From the NCBI RefSeq assembly GCF_018350175.1, contig NC_058368.1:72790001-72854000 (forward strand): a DNA stretch of 64,000 nt, in the 5' to 3' direction. How positions within the stretch are numbered: the first letter of the stretch is position 1; every line of letters starts with the position of its first letter. Of this stretch, positions 53,026-64,000 are shown in pieces. The translations under genes and the position numbers were made by a program. The notes under the pieces were generated by a model, which was not told where the DNA came from, searched no databases, and saw only the letters and a program-made list of their open reading frames with translations. This DNA comes from Felis catus. Lineage: Eukaryota.

Positions 53026-53037
53026 GATAGATAGATA
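52943..53037. repeat. Compound (AGCT)n + (GATA)n microsatellite
   Basis: Read directly from the sequence. Confidence 0.95.
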
Positions 53038-55371
53038 CAATATCATTTTTTGCTGGCTAAATAGCATACTATTCTATTGGTTAATTTTCTAACCAATTTC
53101 CTTTTGTCAATTGAAGTTTATTCTTTGAGTTTAATGTTCATGAGTTTGTGGTTTCATTGGGCATTGCAGTAAACATTTGTACTTATAACTGTATACATGT
53201 TTCAAGTTATTTCTTTAGGATATGATTTAGAAATATACTTTGGTCAAAATAGATGTTCTTTTAAATATTTTTATAGAGACCTTCAAAATTTTCCACCAAT
53301 TTTACACATCTATTATTAGGATAAGAGGTTTAAAAATGAGTTATATCTTGCTTTAACATTCTGATGCATTAATAATTTTAATAAGAGATTCAACTTATTT
53401 ATAATTAAGTGTACTGTAGACTGATAATCAGATTCCTAAGGGGAGTGATCTAAACAAATAAGTACCTTGTCTTCTCTTTTCCTCTCCTTCCCTAAACACA
53501 TACACTACAGTAAGATAAAGCTTATGAGTTAAGTTTTCCAAAGCTAGACAGAGATGATACAAAGAACACGGTCCTTTCCAATTCTGTATAGAAATGCTGC
53601 CAAAGTTGAGCACAAAATTTCATAATCTAAAAGCTCTCAAATTCTGAGTGATTAAAAAATATACCTGGATTGAAGTAGAGGAAAGAGTCAAGTCATTCTA
53701 AAATTAAGCGGCATTAGAGTAGAGAAAAAGAAAACGGTGTGGCTGCTACCTCAGGGCCCTATTTAGTTACTTTCACACTTTAAACGAACCATCTCTCTTT
53801 ACTAAATACATTGTTGAAATAGCATAACTCCTCACTTCAGTTTAGAAACAGAACATTCTCTCACAGTGGGTTTATATTATATAACAGGTTTGAAACAAAA
53901 TAAAATTGATGTGAAGCCATTAAACCAAACAGTGAAAATGGCAGCAGATGGCACCAGGCATGAAGGCAGGGGCCATTTCTCCAAAGAGAGAAGGAGTTTC
54001 AAAGACAACTTCAGCCTGGTAAGGTCTACATTTCAGCACACACAGATGTACCTATTGCCGCAGAGAGAACACAGCTGGGTCTAATCAACAAGTGTTCTGT
54101 CCAGAATTTACTTCTTCTCAGGTGTAAATTCAGAGAAGAAAAGAAGCTTGTGCTTATCTTTTACAAAAAAAAAGGGGGTTTAATTCATTTATTTATGTAT
54201 GCAATAAGCATTTACTAAACACTTTTTAATGTTTGCAGTGAAGAAGGAGATCCTGAGGAAGCAACACATCTCAGTATGTGGAAGAAGCTGGGTTTTAAAA
54301 TTAAGAGACTTAAGTCCCAAACTTGGTTCTACCACTTACCAACCAGTGCTTGCGTATGTTAACTTCTCTCAATTTCAGCTTTCTCTTTTGCAAAATAAAG
54401 ATGATAATAACATTGCTTTCCTTGCAGAGTCACTGTATTAAAAATAATGCATCCAACACAGGGTACAATAGTGAAAGGAAATAATGAGATGGCGTATCAG
54501 AGTGACAACCATTTGCTGAATTTCCATCATCTGTGGGCAGGGAGGAAGGATAAGAAAATGTGGAGAAAAGCACACTTAAGAAAATCAAAGTGGGTTTTTG
54601 TTCTCTTAACATTGCATATATAAATCAGAATATGCTAAATTTAAGAAATGAATATACTTAGACTAGGTTTTCTATTTTAATAATGTCATTCTTCATTTTC
54701 GTGTATTATTTTGGTGATGTGCCCTTTACAAGAAGCTGAAAGTCCCATCTCCATGGGAACACAGTTTAAAAACTTGAAGACATCATCTTAATTACAGTGC
54801 ATTCTTTTGGAAATCACTTAGAATGGCATTATTATAAAAACATTTTATTAATTGCTTAATTGTTCATTATATTCTCTAAATACTATATGGCTATACTATA
54901 TTAGCTTAGACACAGAACTTAAGGAACAGCCCAAACAAACATGGGCAAGAATTCTGCAGAATGCTTAAAAGATGTTTTGCTCTCCAGATAGTGGGAATCA
55001 TAAAACAATGTTTCTGGAAAGACCATAGGAGTGCAAAGTCTTCATTTTCCCAGCTTACAGAGCATTTTCTGGGGTGATATGGTGGAGCACACTGATCCTA
55101 TAAGTAATCACCTCCAGTCCACCATCTGCTAAGGAAGTATATTTCCTGCACCTGAGTTAAATGGAGAACCGCCTCCCTAAAAAATGGATGGAGCAAATCA
55201 TCTATCTTCAGCTGTCACTCACAACTTTGTTCCAATGAATGGTAATTCATGGCAATGTATTTACTTCTTTTTTGCCACCAAAAATAAATATTGTTTGTTG
55301 AGATTTTTCTGGGTTTAACTTGGAGATGAAATCAGGAACAGAGGTAAAATAGTAATGATAGCTTATGCTGC

Positions 55372-55913
55372 TGTAGGGGAGCAAAATTTGTCACCCCGTA
55401 ACATGTCTTTTTGGCATGTGGATTATTTTAAGCTAATTATTTTTAATCAAGAACTTTTTCTTTTTGACTCCCCCACAACTGCCTAAAAGAATTTAGATTT
55501 AGACCTGTTTCAGGAAGGGAGCTATAACCATAGATAACTATAGCATAAAATGAATGAGGTGTGGTAGACAGGGAGGAATTTAGCAAAGTCTCTGTGTTAA
55601 AATTCCTGTCTATGTCCTGTTGGTTTTGGATGTCCCAGAAAACATTCGTCTACCAAACATTTACTTTTCCCATTCTTCCTATAAATTGCCTTCCTTCCCA
55701 TTGTAGCCCCAGACCCCTACCCCCTTCTCCTTAGTCCAGAAGGGCATATATACCTCATTCTGCCTGTCTTTGGAACCTCTCTTCTTTATCTGGACTCCTT
55801 ACACATATGCAATTAAATGTGATTTTCTGTTGTTAATCTATCTCATTGAAGTTGAATTCTTCAATGAGCCACAAGAACCTTAAAGGGAAAACAAAAAATT
55901 CTCCTCCACAACA
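55372..55913 (+). mobile_element. Complete ERV1-class solo LTR (MER34-like)
   Basis: TG...CA termini (tgtagggg...ccacaaca), 4-bp TSD CTGC at 55368-55371 and 55914-55917, TATA-like catatata, and an attaaa signal. Confidence 0.85.
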
Positions 55914-56843
55914 CTGCCACTATAAGAAATATTACATTAAGCCTTGAACAATTTCTAACCATTTAATGTAAATCAAACTCATCAGTTTGCCTATCTAGTG
56001 ATCTGACAATGCCCTATGGAACTAGATAAAAGACAGGGATGGAAAGATAAAGAAAAGACCATGGCCTCAGCTACACAGTGCCATGAATATTATCAAAATT
56101 AAAATGTTACTATAATCATATTATTTCTCACTCTTTGTATTTGAGTGTGGAAAGAGAAACTGAGGTCTTTGATGTTAATGAGACAAGTAGCTACTCTCAT
56201 AATAATTTAGATCTCTTTGTAGGGCATTGCTATTTCTGGGATGCTGGGAAACTTTTTTCTAGATTATTTTATCTGCACGTGGAAGGTTCACACACACCCT
56301 TCTGCCAAAGCTAGTGATCCAGAGAAGCAGCTGTGGTCATCAGGATATAATAAGACAAATAGGAAATAGTTGATTAAAGACAGACAAGACATAATATCAC
56401 ATTGTTTCACAGTATATCGGTATTCGCAGTGAAATAAAATTGTCTTAAGAGCAAAGAAAATAAAACAAGTTAAATAGATTAAAAACAAAGTCATGTAGTA
56501 ACATAATAGCCTGGGCTTGCAGAACTGAACAAAGTTAAGATGGTAAGAGAAAAAAGAGGAAGGGGTTTGTGAAGACGAAGAGAAGCTTATCTGTGCCACC
56601 ATCTCCCTTTCAATTTCCAGCCTCTCCATCCAGGGCCCCTGTTCTGTCTCCTGCATGAAACCTGCCTCTTCTGGGTGCCCCATCCCACACAGTAACCCCT
56701 CTCTGCTTATTCTCTCAAGGTGATGCCAAGTCATTAACTACTGATGTCATAGAAGTTGACGTGCCAATGGTGTGATGAATCACTCTTTCAAAGTATCTTA
56801 TCATCCCCTTCAGAGGAAGAATACAGATATTAAAACAGAATCA

Positions 56844-57500
56844 CTTGAAAACACATTCACCCCAAAACCTGCATGTGGATCTGTAGCAACTTTATTCATA
56901 ACTGCCATAACCTGGAAGCAACTAAGATGTCCTTCAGTAGGCAAATGGATAAACTATGGTACATTCAGACAATGGGATATTATTCAATGTTAAGATTAAA
57001 TGAGCTATTGTGGAAGGAACCTTAAATGCAGATTACTAAGTGAAAGAAGCCAATTATAAAAGCCTACATACTATACAATTCCAACTATACGAAAATGTGA
57101 AAGACAAAATTATGGATATAGTAAAAAGATCAGTGGTTTCCAGGGATTCCCAGGGAGGGAAGAAGAATCTATGGAGCATAGGATTTTTAGGGCAGTGAAA
57201 ATACTCCGTACAATACCATAATGATGAATACATGTCATTAAACATTCAAATTCACAGGATATGCAACACCAAGAGTGAACTCTAATGCAAATTATGGACT
57301 TTGGATGATTATATGTGTCACTGTGGGCTCATCAATTGTAACAAATGTACTATTGCAGTGAGTGATGCTGATAATGAAGGAAGCGATACATATATGGGGG
57401 CAGAGGATGTATGAGAAATCTTTGTACGTTCTGCTCAATTTTGCTGTGAACCTAAAACTGCTCAAAAAAAATAAAAAATCTTAATAAAAACTTAAAAATA
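56844..57500 (+). mobile_element. 5'-truncated L1 (L1MC1/2-like 3' end) with TSD
   Basis: ctggaagcaactaagatgtccttcagtagg, ctaagtgaaagaagcca, ctcaattttgctgtgaacctaaaactgctc. TSD aaaacagaatca at 56832-56843 and 57501-57512. Confidence 0.9.
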
Positions 57501-58229
57501 AAAACAGAATCATAAGCATGGAGAAGAAGGAGGAGGAGGACAAGGAAAGAAAAGCAAGAAGAAGAAAAAAATATTGAAAGTTTTATTAGCCCTACATTTC
57601 TAGAATTTCCAACTTAGCTGTGCTAAACTTTAATCTTTACAGATTGGCTAATCATAAGCTTTTCTGAGAAAACTATTGGAAAAAATGTCAAAAATACAGA
57701 TACTTCAATAACGATTGCTAATTGGACCTATTGATGTTTTTCTAAGGATCATCTTCTTGGAAAGAAATGCTCTCAAATGGTACTTTAAGTTTCTATCATA
57801 AATTTTGACTTGCTCACAAATTCTCTGCTATTCTGCTATGGAGCTGTTTGAAATTTTCCATTGAAACATGAATTTATAAATAAACAGATTCTTAAACCCA
57901 AAGGAATTGTGCAATTCTTGAATTACAGATTCCACCAACTACATAATTTGACAACTTAAATGCAATGAGCTTAGATTTAGCCATCTTCCCTCTTAATCCT
58001 ACAGGAGAAATGCAAATTTGCTTGGAAGGATTTATTTTTGACATTTTTTTTTCATACATTTCTTCACCTTTTGTTCCCTACTACATACCAAGCACTGTTG
58101 TATATTCCATTTTATTTTGTCCTTAAAACAATTGTGTCTGGTCAAAATGTGACAAGACTTGCTTAGAGTCTAATAGCTTAGTCAGGTTTACAGAAAATGT
58201 CTCCCAACAAAAAGAACAAAAAGGAAGAT

Positions 58230-58675
58230 CAATAGCTAATATTTATTGAGTGTCTTCTATATATCAAGTACTTTTAATGTAATAATAATTTTAATCTTCA
58301 CAACAATTTTTTAAGCTCTATAAAAGTTCCATTGTAGGGGCGCCTGGGTGGCTCCGTCGGTTGAGTGTCCAACTTCAGCTCAGGTCATGATCTCGCGGTT
58401 TGTGGATTTGAGCCCCACATTGGGCTCTGTGCTGACAGCTCAGAGCCTGGAGCCTGCTTCAGATTCAGTGTCTCTCCATCTCTCAGCCCCTCCCCTGCTC
58501 ATGCTCTGTGTCTCTCTGTCTCTTAATAATAAATAAACATTAAAAAAAGTTTTTAAAGTTCCATTGTAAATGTGAATAAATGTGGCACAGAGTAGTTAAG
58601 AATGTATCTAAGGTCAAAGAGCTAGATGGTGGAGCCTGGATTTGAACTGTGGCAGTGTGACTCCAGAATCACCAC
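58230..58675 (-). mobile_element. MIR split by a Can-SINE
   Basis: atagctaatatttattgagtg...; resumes ggcacagagtagttaag...aaggtcaaagagctag...ggatttgaactgtggcagtgtgactccaga. Confidence 0.7.
58337..58554 (+). mobile_element. Can-SINE (felid type)
   Basis: Head ggggcgcctgggtggctc. Perfect TSD aaagttccattgta at 58323-58336 and 58555-58568. Confidence 0.97.
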
Positions 58676-59837
58676 ACATACTACACATGCTGTCCGAACA
58701 CATGAATGGAGAAAAAAAAAAACACAAGTCAATAGCAAACATTTAAATAAACTGTGCTGATTTCAAAGCTTTCTCGTTATCTTTTCTTGTCTAACTTTTT
58801 TGGGGGGGTGGGGGGTGTTGTTGACTGACATAAGTAGAATGCAAAAGGCAACTTTTAATTTTTCAAATGAAACATTTATTTTCACGAGTTTAACAACTTT
58901 ATAAACTGTACTGTAATCTTACTTAGGTATACATTGATAATCCCAATAATGCATGTAAAAAATTTGAAACTCCTAGAAAAGAGTCCTTTCTAGCACTGCA
59001 AGGAATCAAGAGGAGAGGAGTTGTCCAATTCAGTGGCAAGACATGCTCTTCGTAAATATGTCTTGTGAGCTGGAAAGTGCTGTGTTCCAGTACAAGGGCC
59101 TGTAAGCTGGATGCCCTTATAAACCCTATGTTCTTCTCTAAGCATGCATGTTACAGTCTACAAAGTGGGAATAATAATTTCATAAGACTGTTCAGAGAAC
59201 AAAATGAGAACATATACTCAAATGCACTTCAAAAACTGTTGTATACAACAAAAATATGAAGCATTGCTATAGACATTAAGGTGTTCTCCTAAACTATCTT
59301 CAGTACTCTCACCAGCCCTAACAGAGAAGCTCAAAATATAACTATTCTCTCCATAAAAGTTGTTCCGTTAGACCAGAAATTCAGATTAGACGTTGTAAAT
59401 ATGGTTGCATTGTCTATTCCAGGCACTAAACTCTAAATAAATAATGGATTAAGGAGAAAATGTATGAACAGAAAAATCTATAATTTATACAAAAAATATG
59501 TAACACTTAATCACTGAAAATGTGATCAGATAATGCTTTAAACAAAAATAGGTCAACCTCTATAAATTACAAGAGTTTTCAAACTCTTTAGTATGTGAAT
59601 ATGCATTGTGAGTCAGAATGGAGTGAGAAGAGAAAGAAGGAATGAGAGGAGGAGGAGAAGAGAAAAGGAGTGGGGTGGCAAGATAAGAGAAACTGATAAG
59701 GTGTACAGATTTTCCCAAACTTTAACATCATGGTCCCTCAAAAAACCACGTCCCTTCATTAGCAATGAACATTCTGAAGGAGCATTATATCTAAGTGGCT
59801 AAGTATAAAAAGTAACCAAAAAGTCATGAAGAATGTG

Positions 59838-59867
59838 TCTATATATCTATATCTATATCTATATCTA

Positions 59868-59909
<42 letters not shown>

Positions 59910-59916
59910 CACACAC

Positions 59917-59952
<36 letters not shown>
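59838..59952. repeat. Compound (TCTATA)n-(TCTA)n-(AG)16 microsatellite
   Basis: Read directly from the sequence. Confidence 0.95.
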
Positions 59953-59956
<4 letters not shown>

Positions 59957-62900
59957 ACAGATAGATATCATGGCAAATGCATTGACCTGAATCCCAGGTC
60001 AACTAAACCAAACAAAAATAATGAACAATTCAGAGGGGCTGGTCATACAGTAATTTGTATATAGTTAAACCAAAAGCTACATTCTTCATCTCTTTGCTCA
60101 GTCCATAAATTAGTAATTTGAATTTTAAAAATACATACAATGCCTACTGATGATTCAAAAATGTAAGCCTTCATTTTCTCTTGTATGATAATTCATTTTA
60201 CAAGGTTATGATTATATCATAATAAAGAACAGGCAAAGAACACAATAAATAAAATATCACAATCTTGGGGTTTTTATTGCAATTGCCATGATTCTTTGTA
60301 GCAAAATATGGAAACAAGTCAGAATTAAGAAAAGTCATCATGTGTAAAATATGGTTGAAGTGTAGTTCCACTACAAAAAATAATAATAACTACTTTTTTC
60401 ATACTAAACTTCACAGTGAGGAACACCAGCAAAATTTGGTCTTTGTTTACATTTCAAACCATTTTTATTCATCAAATATTTATTCATTCCCTACACTGTG
60501 CTAAACAGTAAGGATTTCTTCCTTGGTATTATTATAAGAATTTTTGTAACGCATAAATTTACATCAATCATCACAGGCCCCATAATTACAAACACTTGGA
60601 TTCTAGAAGACTCACAGTGGAATAGGAATAAGTTTAAAAAATTATCTTTAATCCTAGCAATAAAAATATGTTCTATCAATTATATAAGAATAGGTCTTCT
60701 TTGTCATGGTTCTCATGCATAGAAAGTCTTCAAAATACATTATTTTGAAGGGGATTTGTGATAGGCTGTTTCTAAGTGTTTTGTCCCTGGATATGGCATA
60801 TAGGCTGGTTATCACAAATTTCTTCATGCACAGCAAACATGGAAGCAATCTACGTCCAGACTGTAAACATCCTGTGAGGTCAGGGCATGGAGGATGATGT
60901 GATAGGAATACCACCACCTACTTCTGTGCTATTTTCCAAAGAATGTGAAGCAGCATTCTTAATAAAATTAAAGCTCACTGCATGCTGTTATCCGAATGAA
61001 AACAAATTTGGCTAAGAAACACAATTTGCATTTCTCCCCACAAAGACTCTGAAAATAGTCTTAGTTCAAGTTTATTTTTTTCAGCTTCAATAGAAATCTC
61101 AGCAAGAAATGTACTATATTTTCAAAAAATCCACCAAAACAAATAGAAATATTCTTTCAAGTTTGATACTTGATTAGTGCTCAACACTGAGCTGTTAGCA
61201 TATAGTCCATCATTCCAAAGCTCCCTCTGGAAGACAGGTATAAGGATTTTGGCATAAATAATATCTTTTCTCAATAAAAAAAATGAAATCCATTACTGTC
61301 ATGAATAACAACTAGCATTTGAGTGGCCTAGATAGTCAAGGCAGCATTTTAAGTATTTAAATGGGTGAGCTCATTTAATCATAAAAATGACACTATGAGG
61401 TAGTTCAATTTTAATCTCCATGGTTCCCAGTTTACAGGTGACAAAAGTGAGGTATAGGGAGGATAAGAAAAACTCTGTATTTTTTCCTCCCACATTGTAA
61501 TGTGTATGACACACCTACTCAGAAATTTTAACTAACCTACCCTTAGGATAATTTGAAAAGGCTTTGAAATTTTGAACATAATTCAAAATAAACACTACTG
61601 ATAAATTGAACAAGGCTACCAAAAAACAGAGAACCATGTCAGAGAACTGAGATTAGTTATTGCCACAGCTGGTTTTCCTAGGAGTTTCATTGTTCTCAAC
61701 ATCTATACAAATACATAGGCCTAAATAACAGCATGATCTGTAGTGCACAGGTTCTAGAACCAGATAAAATATGGCAGCTCTTTGTAAAGGTGGTACATCT
61801 GAATCAGTTGTAGAATACACAGAATTACAGACTCCCAAGTTACTATTCTAGATGTGCTGAATCAGAACTGCCAAGTATGGGACTTAAGCATGTACATTTT
61901 ACAAATATCCAAAATGACCTTTATCTTCAAAGCAGAGAACATGTATCATTATAATTGCCACATTCCAGTGCTTCCTTATGTACCAATCTTCTATAAATGC
62001 AAGATGCTAAGAGAATAGCACTAGGTTCTGGCTCAATGAAGACATTTTGCAGGGCATTGTAACAATATGCTTAGCTCTGGGGTGAGCCAACCTGACACAG
62101 CCATGACTTCAAGAATATAATTAGTGGGGTCAAGCTCTCTCCTCATATTCTAACCCCTCCCAGGTCTTCACCTTGAGCTTCAAGTGAATTAGAGGCAACC
62201 CAACCTTCCTCAGGAGAGAACATCAGTAATTCTTGCCCTACCACCCAGTAGGGTTTATGAATCATTTCTGTTGCTCCATGAACTTGAAAAATATGGTTCT
62301 GCCCATACTACTTCCAGGCATGACCACTGCATTCCATGTGCCTAACCATCTGCCTTCTTCTGATGTTCAAGGCTTTCAGGATCCTGGGTTCCTTTTCATA
62401 GAGTCCTTCATGCCAGCCTTGTGCCCGTCTCCCTGATTCCCATGAGAGATAAGCTTTCCATCTTTCCCTGATGGCCCTGCCTCTCCACTGGAGAAGTTCT
62501 AACTTGCTTAAAGTCTTGTAAGGAATAAATTATAGAGCAGGTATGCAAACTCAGGTCTCTGATTCTCAAGGTCGTACTCTTTTAACTTTTATACCATTCT
62601 GATTAGATATTTATCTCAAAAATGAGATGTTTTAATAAAGTCTTTGACAGGTGGTGAATCTTAGGACATTTATAATTAAATTTTCTCTGTGTTGTGCTTC
62701 TATTTCAGGTATGCTTTTTTTGTTTGTTTATGTAAGAACTGCACACTTTAAATGCCAGAGCTGGGAGAGGCAGAATTGTCCTTCTGTTATAAGAGGATAA
62801 GACCTGGATTTGTATTCTTCCCCAGAATAAGGGTCATCTCATTTTAGCACAGGTCTTGATATTGCAGATATCTTCAGTTAAAGATGATATTTAGCTTAAA

Positions 62901-63099
62901 AAGGAAGAATAATTTTATTTTTGCCAGGTACTTGCTTACAGCAAAACAAATAAAAGCATGAAAGACTATACTATGTAAAAAATATTTAGAGAAGACATAT
63001 ATTTTAATCTTATTAATTTATAGAAAGTATCTCTGATGATCATAATGCTAGTGATGATGAACAATATAAAATACACAGTAGTGTAAGTTTTTTGAGAAA

Positions 63100-64000
63100 A
63101 GGATGGAATTTGGAGGATGTATAGAGGGAATGGCCTTGTTGGAGGGAATATGTTCAGTGGTAAAAAGTTGAGAGCACTTATTTTTTGAGTTTTCTCTAGG
63201 AACCAGGAGAGTTTAACAGAGAATAGTGGAAATGTCAGACATTTAAATAGTAGAAAAGTATAATAACTAGATAAATGAAGCAGGATTTTGGGTATTGATG
63301 AGGGTGCAGTCAAGGTTGGTCAAAATGAATTTATATTTTCCAGTGTTCATGACTTTCTCTACTAGCATTTGGCATTTAGTTCCTGGAATGCAGCAACACT
63401 GAAAATGGATCATTGGGGTGTTCCACTGCTGCGAGTGTTGCCTGACAAGGACAACAAGTATTCAGTAGCAAGTGTGTTTAGGGCATTGCACCAGAATCAT
63501 TGAAATGGTATATAGGAGAAGTATAAGAAGATGAGGTGTCAATGAACATGGAAATTCTAATAAGGTGAAAGAATGGTCTCAGGGGAGAATATAAACAAAA
63601 ACTGGAGGGAGAGTATTGTGGTCAGAACCCATGATATCTGAAGTAGTGGTTTTGAAAGTGGGTAGTCTTAATGATCATAATGCTTGGTTATGACCACTGG
63701 GTGTGTGTAGTTTAAGTGGAATGAAAAAGATACTAGGAATGAGGGATTTGAAGAACTGAAGGCCAAGAGTATGATATATTATTTACCATTAAAGATGAAG
63801 AAGAACTTTGAATTAAGAAGACCATGAGTCTGATGCCAAAGTATTGGGTAATTGAAAAGCAGAAAATGGATAGTCTGTAGGTCTGGAGAAAGAAGAGGAG
63901 AATAATGACATGTTTATACTGCAACAATCTTGAAGGAGAAAAGGGTTTTAAAAGAGAATGAAGTGGTAATGGTCTCGTGACGGGACGTTCAAAGTGGATA
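63100..64000 (-). mobile_element. Degraded L2 internal (ORF2-derived) segment
   Basis: Purine-rich antisense L2-like motifs: gagggatttgaagaactgaaggccaagagt, ccatgagtctgatgccaaagt. Confidence 0.55.

Noticed and set aside
56288..56734. 148-aa minus-strand ORF
   Set aside because: F/L/S-rich composition typical of non-coding AT-rich DNA; no family resemblance and no splice support.
56772..56993. ORF with an L1 ORF2 C-terminal-like motif (TWKQLRCPSVGKWIN)
   Set aside because: A decayed remnant of the 5'-truncated L1, not a gene.
1..64000. CpG island, prokaryotic operon or CRISPR, numt, retrogene, or endogenous viral coding sequence
   Set aside because: None seen. CpG is depleted outside young SINEs and there are no long intact or recognisably homologous reading frames.

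Overview
This is AT-rich, CpG-poor mammalian genomic DNA, almost certainly felid. It carries about 20 tRNA-derived Can-SINEs, including one near-pristine copy of the young cat type (SINEC_Fc-like). The window is mostly intronic or intergenic: SINE, L1, L2 and MIR fragments, hAT and Tigger MITEs (MER20, MER58A, MER5A), MaLR and ERV solo LTRs, and microsatellites. None of the ORFs in the supplied track looks like a real single-exon gene. The best coding signal is absent from that track: two small minus-strand exons at the left edge (524-568 and 1-49) splice in frame to give ...IVTDVTDSDLFKEIDTFIVDLEEEEEKTTEM..., a gene I cannot name. A second, more speculative minus-strand exon chain (about 38.0 to 31.2 kb) starts next to a CRE-like motif and a strong-Kozak ATG and would encode a ~30 aa peptide or be a decayed gene. 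Other points of interest are nested and inverted retroelements, a tail-only insertion with a TSD, template-switch-like scars and candidate recursive splice sites. I find no convincing evidence of a novel multi-component system. Repeat family names come from my recall of consensus sequences, and boundaries of old repeats are approximate.
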